From Eledone cirrhosa (lineage: Eukaryota): 64,000 nucleotides of DNA. Position numbers and translations under genes: made by a program. A model generated the notes under the pieces. That model made no database searches. It saw nothing but the letters and a program-made list of their open reading frames with translations, and was not told the origin of the DNA. Of the stretch, positions 10,062-21,505 are shown piece after piece (positions within the stretch are counted from its first letter, which is position 1; every line of letters begins with the position of its first letter). The DNA lies in contig OZ024744.1 in NCBI GenBank assembly GCA_964016885.1, positions 132,122,001-132,186,000 of the forward strand, in the 5' to 3' direction.

Positions 10062-12001
10062 AGTCGGAGTTAAGTTAAGTTGGGGTTAAGTTAAGTTAGG
10101 CTTAACTTAAGTTGGGGTTAAGTTAAGTTGGGGGTAAGTTAAGTTGGGGGTAAGTTAAGTTGGGGTTAAGTTAAGTTGGGGTTAAGATAAGTGGTGGTTA
10201 TGTTAAGTTGAGGTTAAGTTAAGTTAGGGTTAAATTAAGTTGGGGTTAAGTTAAGTTGGGTGTAAGTTAAGTTGGGGTTGAGTGAAGTTGGGGTTAAGTT
10301 AAGTTGGGGTTAAGTAGAGTTGGGGTTAAGTTAAGTTGGGGTTAAGTTAAGTTGGTGTTAAGTTGGGGTTAAGTTAAGTTGGGGTTAAGTTGGGGTTAAG
10401 TTAAGTGGTGGTTATGTTAAGTTGGGGTTAACTTAAGTTGGGGTTAATTTAAATTGGGGTTAAGTTAACTTTGTGGTTAAGTTAAGTTGGGGTTAAGTTA
10501 AGTTGGGGTTAAATTAAGTTGGGGTTGAGTGAAGTTGGGGTTAAGTTAAGTTGGGGTTAAGTTAAGTTGGGGTTAACTTAAGTTGGGTTTAAGTTAAGTT
10601 GCGGTTAAGTTAATTTGGGGTTAAGTTAAGTTGGGGTTAAGTTAAGTCGGGGTTAATTTAAGTTGGGGTTGAGTTAAGTTGGGGTTAATTTAAGTTGAGG
10701 TTATGTTAAGTTGGGGTTAATTTAAGTTGGGGTTAAGTTAAGTTGGGGTTAAGTTAAGTTGGGGTTAATTTAAGTTGGGATTAAGTTCAGTTGGGGTTAA
10801 ATTAAGTTGGGGTTAAGTTAAGCTGGGGTTAAATTAAGTTGGGGTTAAGTTAAGTTGGGGTTAAGTTAAGTTGGGGTTAAGTTAAGTTAGGGTTAATTTA
10901 AGTTGGGGTTATGTTAAGTTGGGGTTAAGTTAAGTTGGGGTTAAGTCGAGTTGGGGTTAAGTTAAGTTGGGGTTAGTTAAGTTGAGTTTAAGTTAAGTTG
11001 GGGTTAATTTAAGTTGGGGTTAAGTTAAGTTGGGGTTCAGTTAAGTTTGGGTTAAGTTAAGTTGGGGTTAAGTTAAGTTGGTTTACGTTAAGTTGGGGTT
11101 AGGTTAAGTTGGGGATAAGTTAAGTTGGGGATAAGCTAAGTTGGGGTTAAGTTAAGTTGGGTTTAAGTTAAGTTGGGGTTAAGTTAAGTTAGGCTTAACT
11201 TAAGTTGGGGTTAAGTTAAGTTGGGGGTAAATTAAGTTGGGGGTAAGTTAAGTTGGGGTTAAGTTAAGTTGGGGTTAAGTTAAGTGGTGGTTATGTTAAG
11301 TTGGGGTTAAGTTAAGTTGGGGTTAAATTAAGTTGGGGTTAAGTTAAGTTGGGTGTAAGTTAAGTTGGGGTTGAGTGAAGTTGGGGTTAAGTTAAGTTGG
11401 GGTTAAGTTAAGTTGGGGTTAAGTTAAGTTGGGGTTAAGTTAAGTTGGGGTTAGGTTAAGTTGGGGATAAGTTAAGTTGGGGATAAGTTAAGTTGGGGTT
11501 AAGTTAAGTTGGGTTTAAGTTAAGTTGGGGTTAAGTTAAGTTGGGGTTTAATTAAGTTGGGGTTGAGTTAAGTTGGGGTTGACTTAAGTTGGGCTTAAGT
11601 TAAGTTGGGGTTAAGTTAAGATGTGGTTAAGTTAAGTTGGGGTTAAGTTAAGTTGGGGTTAAAGTAAGTTGGGGTTAAGTTAAGTTGGGGGTAAGGTAAG
11701 TTGGTGGTAAGTTAAGTTGGGGGTAAGTTAAGATGGGGCTAAGTTAAGTTGGGGTTAAGTTAAGTTGGGGTTAAGTTAAGTTAGGGTTAAGTTAAGTTGG
11801 GGTTGACTTAAGTTGGGGTTAAGTTAAGTTGGGGTTATGTTAAGTTGGGTTTAAGTTAAGTTGGGGTTAAGTTAAGTTGGGGTTAAGTTAAGTTGGGGTT
11901 AACTTAAGTTGGGGTTAAGTTAAGTTGGGGTTAATTTAAGTTGGGGTTCAGTTAAATTGAGGTTAAGATAACTTGGGTTTGCGTTAAGATGGGGTTAAGT
12001 T

Positions 12002-13619
12002 AGGTTTGTCGAAAACCTTATATAATCATTTTTATTTAGGTTCTTCGAAACACCTTATATAATCAATTTTTTTAGGTTTTTCGAAAAACCTTATATAATC
12101 AATTTTTTAATACTTTTAGAAATATTTATATCTGATTTCAAATATTGATTTTATTAGGTTTTTGGAATAATCAATTTTTTTTACGTTTTTCGAAAAATGT
12201 TATATAATCAATTTTTTTTAGGTTTTTCGAATCAATTCAATTTTTATAATCAAATATTTTTAGGTTTTTAGAAAAACCTTATATAATCAAATTTTTTTAG
12301 GTTTTTCGAAAAACCTTATATAATTAATTTTTTTATACTTTTAGAAATATTTATATCTGATTTCAAATATTGGATTTTTTAGGTTTTTCGATAATCAATT
12401 TTTTTTAGATTTTTCGAAAAATCTTATATAATCAATTTTTTTACGTTTTTAGAAAGACCTTATATAATCAATTTTTTTATACTTTTAGAAATATTTATAT
12501 CTGATTTCAAATATTGATTTTTTTTTTAGGTTTTTCGAAATACCTTATATAATCAATTTTTTTTAGGTTTTTCAAATTACTTTATATAATCAATTTTTTT
12601 TATCTGATTTCAAATATTGATTTTTTTAGCTTTTTCGACAAAATCTTATATAATCAATTTTTTTTAGGTTTTTCGAAAAAGAATGAATTTGAGTTCATAG
12701 TCGAAATATATACTTCTGCATTAATCTTTTTACGTTTTTTTGATTTTTTTTAAAAAAACGTAAAAAATTAATGCTTTTACAAATCTTTTGAAATATTTAC
12801 TTTCTAGTTTCAAATTTTGCACATTAAATTTTTCTCGAAAAACCTAAAAAATCAGTTGTCGAAATCAGAAGTTAATATTTCGAAAAACGCAATTTGAAAA
12901 ACTCATATTAATTTTTTTTCGAAAACATTATATAATCAATTTTTTAGAAATATTTATATCTGATTTCAAATATTGATTTTTTTAGGTTTTTCGAAAACCC
13001 TATATAATCAATTTTTTTGTACTTTTAGAAATATCTATATCTGATTTCATGTATTGATTTTTTTATATTTTTCGAAAAAGCTTAGATAATCAATTTTTTT
13101 AGGTCTTTCGAAAACATTATATAATCAATTTTTTTTTAGGTTTTTCGAAAAAACCTTATATAATCAATTTTTTTTAAGTTTTTCAAATATTGATTTTTTT
13201 TAGCTTTTTCGACAAAATCTTATATAATCAATTTTTTTTAGGTTTTTCGAAAAAGAATGAATTTGAGTTCATAGTCGAAATATATACTTCTGCATTAATC
13301 TTTTTACGTTTTTTTGATTTTTTTTAAAAAAACGTAAAAAATTAATGCTTTTACAAATCTTTTGAAATATTTACTTTCTAGTTTCAAATTTTGCAGATTA
13401 AATTTTTCTCGAAAAACCTAAAAAATCAGTTGTCGAAATCAGAAGTTAATATTTCGTAAAACGCAATTTGAAAAACTCATATTAATTTTTTTTCGAAAAC
13501 TTATTATATAATCAATTTTTTTATACTTTTAGAAATATTTATATCTGATTTCAAATATTGATTTTTTTAGGTTTTTCGAAAACCCTATATAATCAATTTT
13601 TTTTAGGTTTTTCAAAAAA
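12002..13619. repeat. AT-rich block A3
   Basis: Near-identical to A2 at offset 5570, including the shared GCACATT variant. Confidence 0.95.
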
Positions 13620-14330
13620 GTTACGTTGGGGTTAAGTTAAGTTGGGGTTAAGTTGAGGTTAAGTTAAGTTGTGGTTAAGTTAAGTTGGGGCTAAGTTAAG
13701 TTGGGGCTAAGTTAAGTTGGGGTTAAGTTAAGTTGGGGTTAATTTAAGTTGGGGTTAGGTTAAGTTGGGGATAAGTTAAGTTGGGGATAAGTTAAGTTGG
13801 GGTTAAGTTAAGTTGGGTTTAAGTTAAGCTGGGGTTAAGTTAAGTTGGGGTTAAATTAAGTTGGGGTTAAGTTAAGTTTGGGTTAGGTTAAGTTGGGGAT
13901 AAGTTAAGTTGGGGATAAGTTAAGTTGGGGTTAAGTTAAGTTGGGTTTAAGTTAAGTTGGGGTTAAGTTAAGTTGGGGTTAAGTTAAGTTGGGGTTAAGT
14001 TAAGTTGCGGTTAGTTAAGTTGAGTTTAAGTTAAGTTGGGGTTAATTTAAGTTGGGGTTAAGTTAAGTTGGGGTTCAGTTAAGTTGGGGTTAAGTCAAGT
14101 TGGGGTTAAGTTAAGTTGGGGTTAAGTTAAGTTGGGGTTAGGTTAAGTTGGGGATAATTTAAGTTGGGGATAAGCTAAGTTGGGGTTAAGTTAAGTTGGG
14201 TTTAAGTTAAGTTGGGGTTAAGTTAAGTTGGGGTTAAATTAAGTTGGGGTTAAGTTAAGCTGGGGTTAAATTAAGTTGGGGTTATGTTAAGTTGGGGTTA
14301 AGTTAAGTTGGGGTTAGTTTAAGTGGGGTT

Positions 14331-14675
14331 AACCCCAACTTAACTTAACCCCAACTTAACTTAACCCCAACTTCACTCAACCCCAACTTAAATTAACCCC
14401 AACTTCACTCAACCCCAACTTAACTCAACCCCAACTTAAATTAACCCCAACTTAAATTAACCCTGACTTAACTTAACCCCGACTTAACTTAACCCCGACT
14501 TAACTTAACCCCAACTTAACTTAAACCCCAACTTAACTTAACCCCAACTTAACTTAACCCCAACTTGACTTAACCCCAACTTAACTCACACCCAACTTAG
14601 CTTACCCCCAACTTAACTTAACCACAACTTGACGTAAACCCAACTTAACTTAACCCCAACTTAACTTAACCCCAA
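14331..14675 (-). repeat. Inverted satellite tract, subtype I
   Basis: Copy of 8761-9105 at offset 5570. Confidence 0.93.
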
Positions 14676-15334
14676 AGTCGGAGTTCAGTTAAGTTGGGGT
14701 TCAGTTAAGTTAGGCTTAACTTAAGTTGGGGTTAAGTTAAGTTGGGGGTAAGTTAAGTTGGGGGTAAGTTAAGTTGGGGTTAAGTTAAGTTGGGGTTAAG
14801 TTGGGGTTAAGTTAAGTTAGGGTTAAGTTAAGTTGGGATTGAGTTAAGTTGGGGTTAAGTTAAGTGGTGGTTATGTTAAGTTGGGGTTAAGTTAAGTTGG
14901 GGTTAAATTAAGTGGGGTTAACTTAAGTTGGGTGTAAGTTAAGTTGGGGTTGAGTGAAGTTGGGGTTAAGTTAAGTTGGGGTTAAGTTAAGTTAGGGTTA
15001 ATTTAAGTTGGGGTTATGTTAAGTTGGTGTTAAGTTAAGTTGGGGTTAAGTCGAGTTGGGGTTAAGTTAAGTTGGGGTTAAGTTAAATTGGTGTTAAGTT
15101 AAGTTGGGGTTAAGTTAAGTTGGGGTTAGTTAAGTTGAGTTTAAGTTAAGTTGGGGTTAATTTAAGTTGGGGTTAAGTTAAGTTGGGGTTCAGTTAAGAT
15201 GGGGTTAAGTTAAGTTGGGGTTGAGTTAAGTTGTGGTTAAGTTAAGTTGGGGTTAGGTTAAGTTGGGGTTAAGTTAAGCTGGGGTTAAATTAAGTTGGGG
15301 TTAAGTTAAGTTGGGGTTAGGTTAAGTTGGGGTT

Positions 15335-15631
15335 AACCCCAACTTAACTTAACCCCAACTTAACTTAACCCCAACTTCACTCAACCCCAACTTAACTTAA
15401 CCCCAACTTCACTCAACCCCAACTTAACTCAACCCCAACTTAACTTAACCCCAACTTAACTTAACCCTAACTTAACTTAACCCCGACTTAAACTTAACCC
15501 CGACTTAACTTAACCCCAACTTAACTTAACCCCAACTTAACTTAACCCCAACTTAACTTAATCCCAACTTGACTTAACCCCAACTTAACTCACACCCAAC
15601 TTAACTTACCCCCAACTTAACTTAACCCCAA
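15335..15631 (-). repeat. Inverted satellite tract, subtype II
   Basis: Copy of 9765-10061 at offset 5570. Confidence 0.93.
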
Positions 15632-17876
15632 AGTCGGAGTTAAGTTAAGTTGGGGTTAAGTTAAGTTAGGCTTAACTTAAGTTGGGGTTAAGTTAAGTTG
15701 GGGGTAAGTTAAGTTGGGGGTAAGTTAAGTTGGGGTTAAGTTAAGTTGGGGTTAAGATAAGTGGTGGTTATGTTAAGTTGAGGTTAAGTTAAGTTAGGGT
15801 TAAATTAAGTTGGGGTTAAGTTAAGTTGGGTGTAAGTTAAGTTGGGGTTGAGTGAAGTTGGGGTTAAGTTAAGTTGGGGTTAAGTAGAGTTGGGGTTAAG
15901 TTAAGTTGGGGTTAAGTTAAGTTGGTGTTAAGTTGGGGTTAAGTTAAGTTGGGGTTAAGTTGGGGTTAAGTTAAGTGGTGGTTATGTTAAGTTGGGGTTA
16001 ACTTAAGTTGGGGTTAATTTAAATTGGGGTTAAGTTAACTTTGTGGTTAAGTTAAGTTGGGGTTAAGTTAAGTTGGGGTTAAATTAAGTTGGGGTTGAGT
16101 GAAGTTGGGGTTAAGTTAAGTTGGGGTTAAGTTAAGTTGGGGTTAACTTAAGTTGGGTTTAAGTTAAGTTGCGGTTAAGTTAATTTGGGGTTAAGTTAAG
16201 TTGGGGTTAAGTTAAGTCGGGGTTAATTTAAGTTGGGGTTGAGTTAAGTTGGGGTTAATTTAAGTTGAGGTTATGTTAAGTTGGGGTTAATTTAAGTTGG
16301 GGTTAAGTTAAGTTGGGGTTAAGTTAAGTTGGGGTTAATTTAAGTTGGGATTAAGTTCAGTTGGGGTTAAATTAAGTTGGGGTTAAGTTAAGCTGGGGTT
16401 AAATTAAGTTGGGGTTAAGTTAAGTTGGGGTTAAGTTAAGTTGGGGTTAAGTTAAGTTAGGGTTAATTTAAGTTGGGGTTATGTTAAGTTGGGGTTAAGT
16501 TAAGTTGGGGTTAAGTCGAGTTGGGGTTAAGTTAAGTTGGGGTTAGTTAAGTTGAGTTTAAGTTAAGTTGGGGTTAATTTAAGTTGGGGTTAAGTTAAGT
16601 TGGGGTTCAGTTAAGTTTGGGTTAAGTTAAGTTGGGGTTAAGTTAAGTTGGTTTACGTTAAGTTGGGGTTAGGTTAAGTTGGGGATAAGTTAAGTTGGGG
16701 ATAAGCTAAGTTGGGGTTAAGTTAAGTTGGGTTTAAGTTAAGTTGGGGTTAAGTTAAGTTAGGCTTAACTTAAGTTGGGGTTAAGTTAAGTTGGGGGTAA
16801 ATTAAGTTGGGGGTAAGTTAAGTTGGGGTTAAGTTAAGTTGGGGTTAAGTTAAGTGGTGGTTATGTTAAGTTGGGGTTAAGTTAAGTTGGGGTTAAATTA
16901 AGTTGGGGTTAAGTTAAGTTGGGTGTAAGTTAAGTTGGGGTTGAGTGAAGTTGGGGTTAAGTTAAGTTGGGGTTAAGTTAAGTTGGGGTTAAGTTAAGTT
17001 GGGGTTAAGTTAAGTTGGGGTTAGGTTAAGTTGGGGATAAGTTAAGTTGGGGATAAGTTAAGTTGGGGTTAAGTTAAGTTGGGTTTAAGTTAAGTTGGGG
17101 TTAAGTTAAGTTGGGGTTTAATTAAGTTGGGGTTGAGTTAAGTTGGGGTTGACTTAAGTTGGGCTTAAGTTAAGTTGGGGTTAAGTTAAGATGTGGTTAA
17201 GTTAAGTTGGGGTTAAGTTAAGTTGGGGTTAAAGTAAGTTGGGGTTAAGTTAAGTTGGGGGTAAGGTAAGTTGGTGGTAAGTTAAGTTGGGGGTAAGTTA
17301 AGATGGGGCTAAGTTAAGTTGGGGTTAAGTTAAGTTGGGGTTAAGTTAAGTTAGGGTTAAGTTAAGTTGGGGTTGACTTAAGTTGGGGTTAAGTTAAGTT
17401 GGGGTTATGTTAAGTTGGGTTTAAGTTAAGTTGGGGTTAAGTTAAGTTGGGGTTAAGTTAAGTTGCGGTTAAGTTAAGTTGGGGTTAAGTTAAGTTGGGG
17501 TTAAGTTAAGTTGGGGTTAAGTTAAGTTGGGGTTAATTTAAGTTGGGGTTAAATTAAGTTGGGGTTAATTTAAGTTGGGGGTTAAGATAAGTTGGGGTTA
17601 AGTTAAGTTGGGGTTAAATTAAGTTGGGGTTAAGTTAAGTTGGGGTTAATTTAAGTTGGGGTTAAGTTAAGTTGGGGTTGAGTTAAGTTGGGGGTAAGTT
17701 AAGTTGGGGGTAAGTTAAGTTGGGTGTAAGTTAAGATGGGGTTAAGTTAAGTTGGGGTTAAGTTATTTTGGGGTTAAGTTAAGTTGGGGGTAAGTTAAGT
17801 TGGGGTTAATTTAAGTTGGGGTTCAGTTAAATTGAGGTTAAGATAACTTGGGTTTGCGTTAAGATGGGGTTAAGTT

Positions 17877-19493
17877 AGGTTTGTCGAAAACCTTATATAA
17901 TCATTTTTATTTAGGTTCTTCGAAACACCTTATATAATCAATTTTTTTAGGTTTTTCGAAAAACCTTATATAATCAATTTTTTAATACTTTTAGAAATAT
18001 TTATATCTGATTTCAAATATTGATTTTATTAGGTTTTTGGAATAATCAATTTTTTTTACGTTTTTCGAAAAATGTTATATAATCAATTTTTTTTAGGTTT
18101 TTCGAATCAATTCAATTTTTATAATCAAATATTTTTAGGTTTTTAGAAAAACCTTATATAATCAAATTTTTTTAGGTTTTTCGAAAAACCTTATATAATT
18201 AATTTTTCTATACTTTTAGAAATATTTATATCTGATTTCAAATATTGGATTTTTTAGGTTTTTCGATAATCAATTTTTTTTAGATTTTTCGAAAAATCTT
18301 ATATAATCAATTTTTTTACGTTTTTAGAAAGACTTTATATAATCAATTTTTTTATACTTTTAGAAATATTTATATCTGATTTCAAATATTGATTTTTTTT
18401 TTAGGTTTTTCGAAATACCTTATATAATCAATTTTTTTTAGGTTTTTCAAATTACTTTATATAATCAATTTTTTTTATCTGATTTCAAATATTGATTTTT
18501 TTAGCTTTTTCGACAAAATCTTATATAATCAATTTTTTTTAGGTTTTTCGAAAAAGAATGAATTTGAGTTCATAGTCGAAATATATACTTCTGCATTAAT
18601 CTTTTTACGTTTTTTTGATTTTTTTTAAAAAAACGTAAAAAATTAATGCTTTTACAAATCTTTTGAAATATTTACTTTCTAGTTTCAAATTTTGCAGATT
18701 AAATTTTTCTCGAAAAACCTAAAAAATCAGTTGTCGAAATCAGAAGTTAATATTTCGAAAAACGCAATTTGAAAAACTCATATTAATTTTTTTTCGAAAA
18801 CATTATATAATCAATTTTTTAGAAATATTTATATCTGATTTCAAATATTGATTTTTTTAGGTTTTTCGAAAACCCTATATAATCAATTTTTTTGTACTTT
18901 TAGAAATATCTATATCTGATTTCATGTATTGATTTTTTTATATTTTTCGAAAAAGCTTAGATAATCAATTTTTTTAGGTCTTTCGAAAACATTATATAAT
19001 CAATTTTTTTTTAGGTTTTTCGAAAAAACCTTATATAATAAATTTTTTTTAGGTTTTTCAAATATTGATTTTTTTAGCTTTTTCGACAAAATCTTATATA
19101 ATCAATTTTTTTTAGGTTTTTCGAAAAAGAATGAATTTGAGTTCATAGTCGAAATATATACTTCTGCATTAATCTTTTTACGTTTTTTTGATTTTTTTTT
19201 AAAAAACGTAAAAAATTAATGCTTTTACAAATCTTTTGAAATATTTACTTTCTAGTTTCAAATTTTGCTGATTAAATTTTTCTCGAAAAACCTAAAAAAT
19301 CAGTTGTCGAAATCAGAAGTTAATATTTCGTAAAACGCAATTTGAAAAACTCATATTAATTTTTTTTCGAAAACTTATTATATAATCAATTTTTTTATAC
19401 TTTTAGAAATATTTATATCTGATTTCAAATATTGATTTTTTTAGGTTTTTCGAAAACCCTATATAATCAATTTTTTTTAGGTTTTTCAAAAAA
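17877..19493. repeat. AT-rich block A4
   Basis: Same structure and both junctions as A2/A3, with a few private substitutions. Confidence 0.95.
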
Positions 19494-20204
19494 GTTACGT
19501 TGGGGTTAAGTTAAGTTGGGGTTAAGTTGAGGTTAAGTTAAGTTGTGGTTAAGTTAAGTTGGGGCTAAGTTAAGTTGGGGCTAAGTTAAGTTGGGGTTAA
19601 GTTAAGTTGGGGTTAATTTAAGTTGGGGTTAGGTTAAGTTGGGGATAAGTTAAGTTGGGGATAAGTTAAGTTGGGGTTAAGTTAAGTTGGGTTTAAGTTA
19701 AGCTGGGGTTAAGTTAAGTTGGGGTTAAATTAAGTTGGGGTTAAGTTAAGTTTGGGTTAGGTTAAGTTGGGGATAAGTTAAGTTGGGGATAAGTTAAGTT
19801 GGGGTTAAGTTAAGTTGGGTTTAAGTTAAGTTGGGGTTAAGTTAAGTTGGGGTTAAGTTAAGTTGGGGTTAAGTTAAGTTGCGGTTAGTTAAGTTGAGTT
19901 TAAGTTAAGTTGGGGTTAATTTAAGTTGGGGTTAAGTTAAGTTGGGGTTCAGTTAAGTTGGGGTTAAGTCAAGTTGGGGTTAAGTTAAGTTGGGGTTAAG
20001 TTAAGTTGGGGTTAGGTTAAGTTGGGGATAATTTAAGTTGGGGATAAGCTAAGTTGGGGTTAAGTTAAGTTGGGTTTAAGTTAAGTTGGGGTTAAGTTAA
20101 GTTGGGGTTAAATTAAGTTGGGGTTAAGTTAAGCTGGGGTTAAATTAAGTTGGGGTTATGTTAAGTTGGGGTTAAGTTAAGTTGGGGTTAGTTTAAGTGG
20201 GGTT

Positions 20205-20549
20205 AACCCCAACTTAACTTAACCCCAACTTAACTTAACCCCAACTTCACTCAACCCCAACTTAAATTAACCCCAACTTCACTCAACCCCAACTTAACTC
20301 AACCCCAACTTAAATTAACCCCAACTTAACTTAACCCTGACTTAACTTAACCCCGACTTAACTTAACCCCGACTTAACTTAACCCCAACTTAACTTAAAC
20401 CCCAACTTAACTTAACCCCAACTTAACTTAACCCCAACTTGACTTAACCCCAACTTAACTCACACCCAACTTAACTTACCCCCAACTTAACTTAACCACA
20501 ACTTGACGTAATCCCAACTTAACTTAACCCCAACTTAACTTAACCCCAA
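20205..20549 (-). repeat. Inverted satellite tract, subtype I
   Basis: GGGGTT|AACCCC start, GACGTAA variant, AAAGTCGGAGTTCAG end. Confidence 0.93.
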
Positions 20550-21208
20550 AGTCGGAGTTCAGTTAAGTTGGGGTTCAGTTAAGTTAGGCTTAACTTAAGT
20601 TGGGGTTAAGTTAAGTTGGGGGTAAGTTAAGTTGGGGGTAAGTTAAGTTGGGGTTAAGTTAAGTTGGGGTTAAGTTGGGGTTAAGTTAAGTTAGGGTTAA
20701 GTTAAGTTGGGGTTGAGTTAAGTTGGGGTTAAGTTAAGTGGTGGTTATGTTAAGTTGGGGTTAAGTTAAGTTGGGGTTAAATTAAGTGGGGTTAACTTAA
20801 GTTGGGTGTAAGTTAAGTTGGGGTTGAGTGAAGTTGGGGTTAAGTTAAGTTGGGGTTAAGTTAAGTTAGGGTTAATTTAAGTTGGGGTTATGTTAAGTTG
20901 GTGTTCAGTTAAGTTGGGGTTAAGTCGAGTTGGGGTTAAGTTAAGTTGGGGTTAAGTTAAATTGGTGTTAAGTTAAGTTGGGGTTAAGTTAAGTTGGGGT
21001 TAGTTAAGTTGAGTTTAAGTTAAGTTGGGGTTAATTTAAGTTGGGGTTAAGTTAAGTTGGGGTTCAGTTAAGTTGGGGTTAAGTTAAGTTGGGGTTGAGT
21101 TAAGTTGTGGTTAAGTTAATTTGGGGTTAGGTTAAGTTGGGGTTAAGTTAAGCTGGGGTTAAATTAAGTTGGGGTTAAGTTAAGTTGGGGTTAGGTTAAG
21201 TTGGGGTT

Positions 21209-21505
21209 AACCCCAACTTAACTTAACCCCAACTTAACTTAACCCCAACTTCACTCAACCCCAACTTAACTTAACCCCAACTTCACTCAACCCCAACTTA
21301 ACTCAACCCCAACTTAACTTAACCCCAACTTAACTTAACCCTAACTTAACTTAACCCCGACTTAAACTTAACCCCGACTTAACTTAACCCCAACTTAACT
21401 TAACCCCAACTTAACTTAACCCCAACTTAACTTAATCCCAACTTGACTTAACCCCAACTTAACTCACACCCAACTTAACTTACCCCCAACTTAACTTAAC
21501 CCCAA
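21209..21505 (-). repeat. Inverted satellite tract, subtype II
   Basis: GGGGTT|AACCCC start, CTTAAACTT variant, AAAGTCGGAGTTAAG end. Confidence 0.93.
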
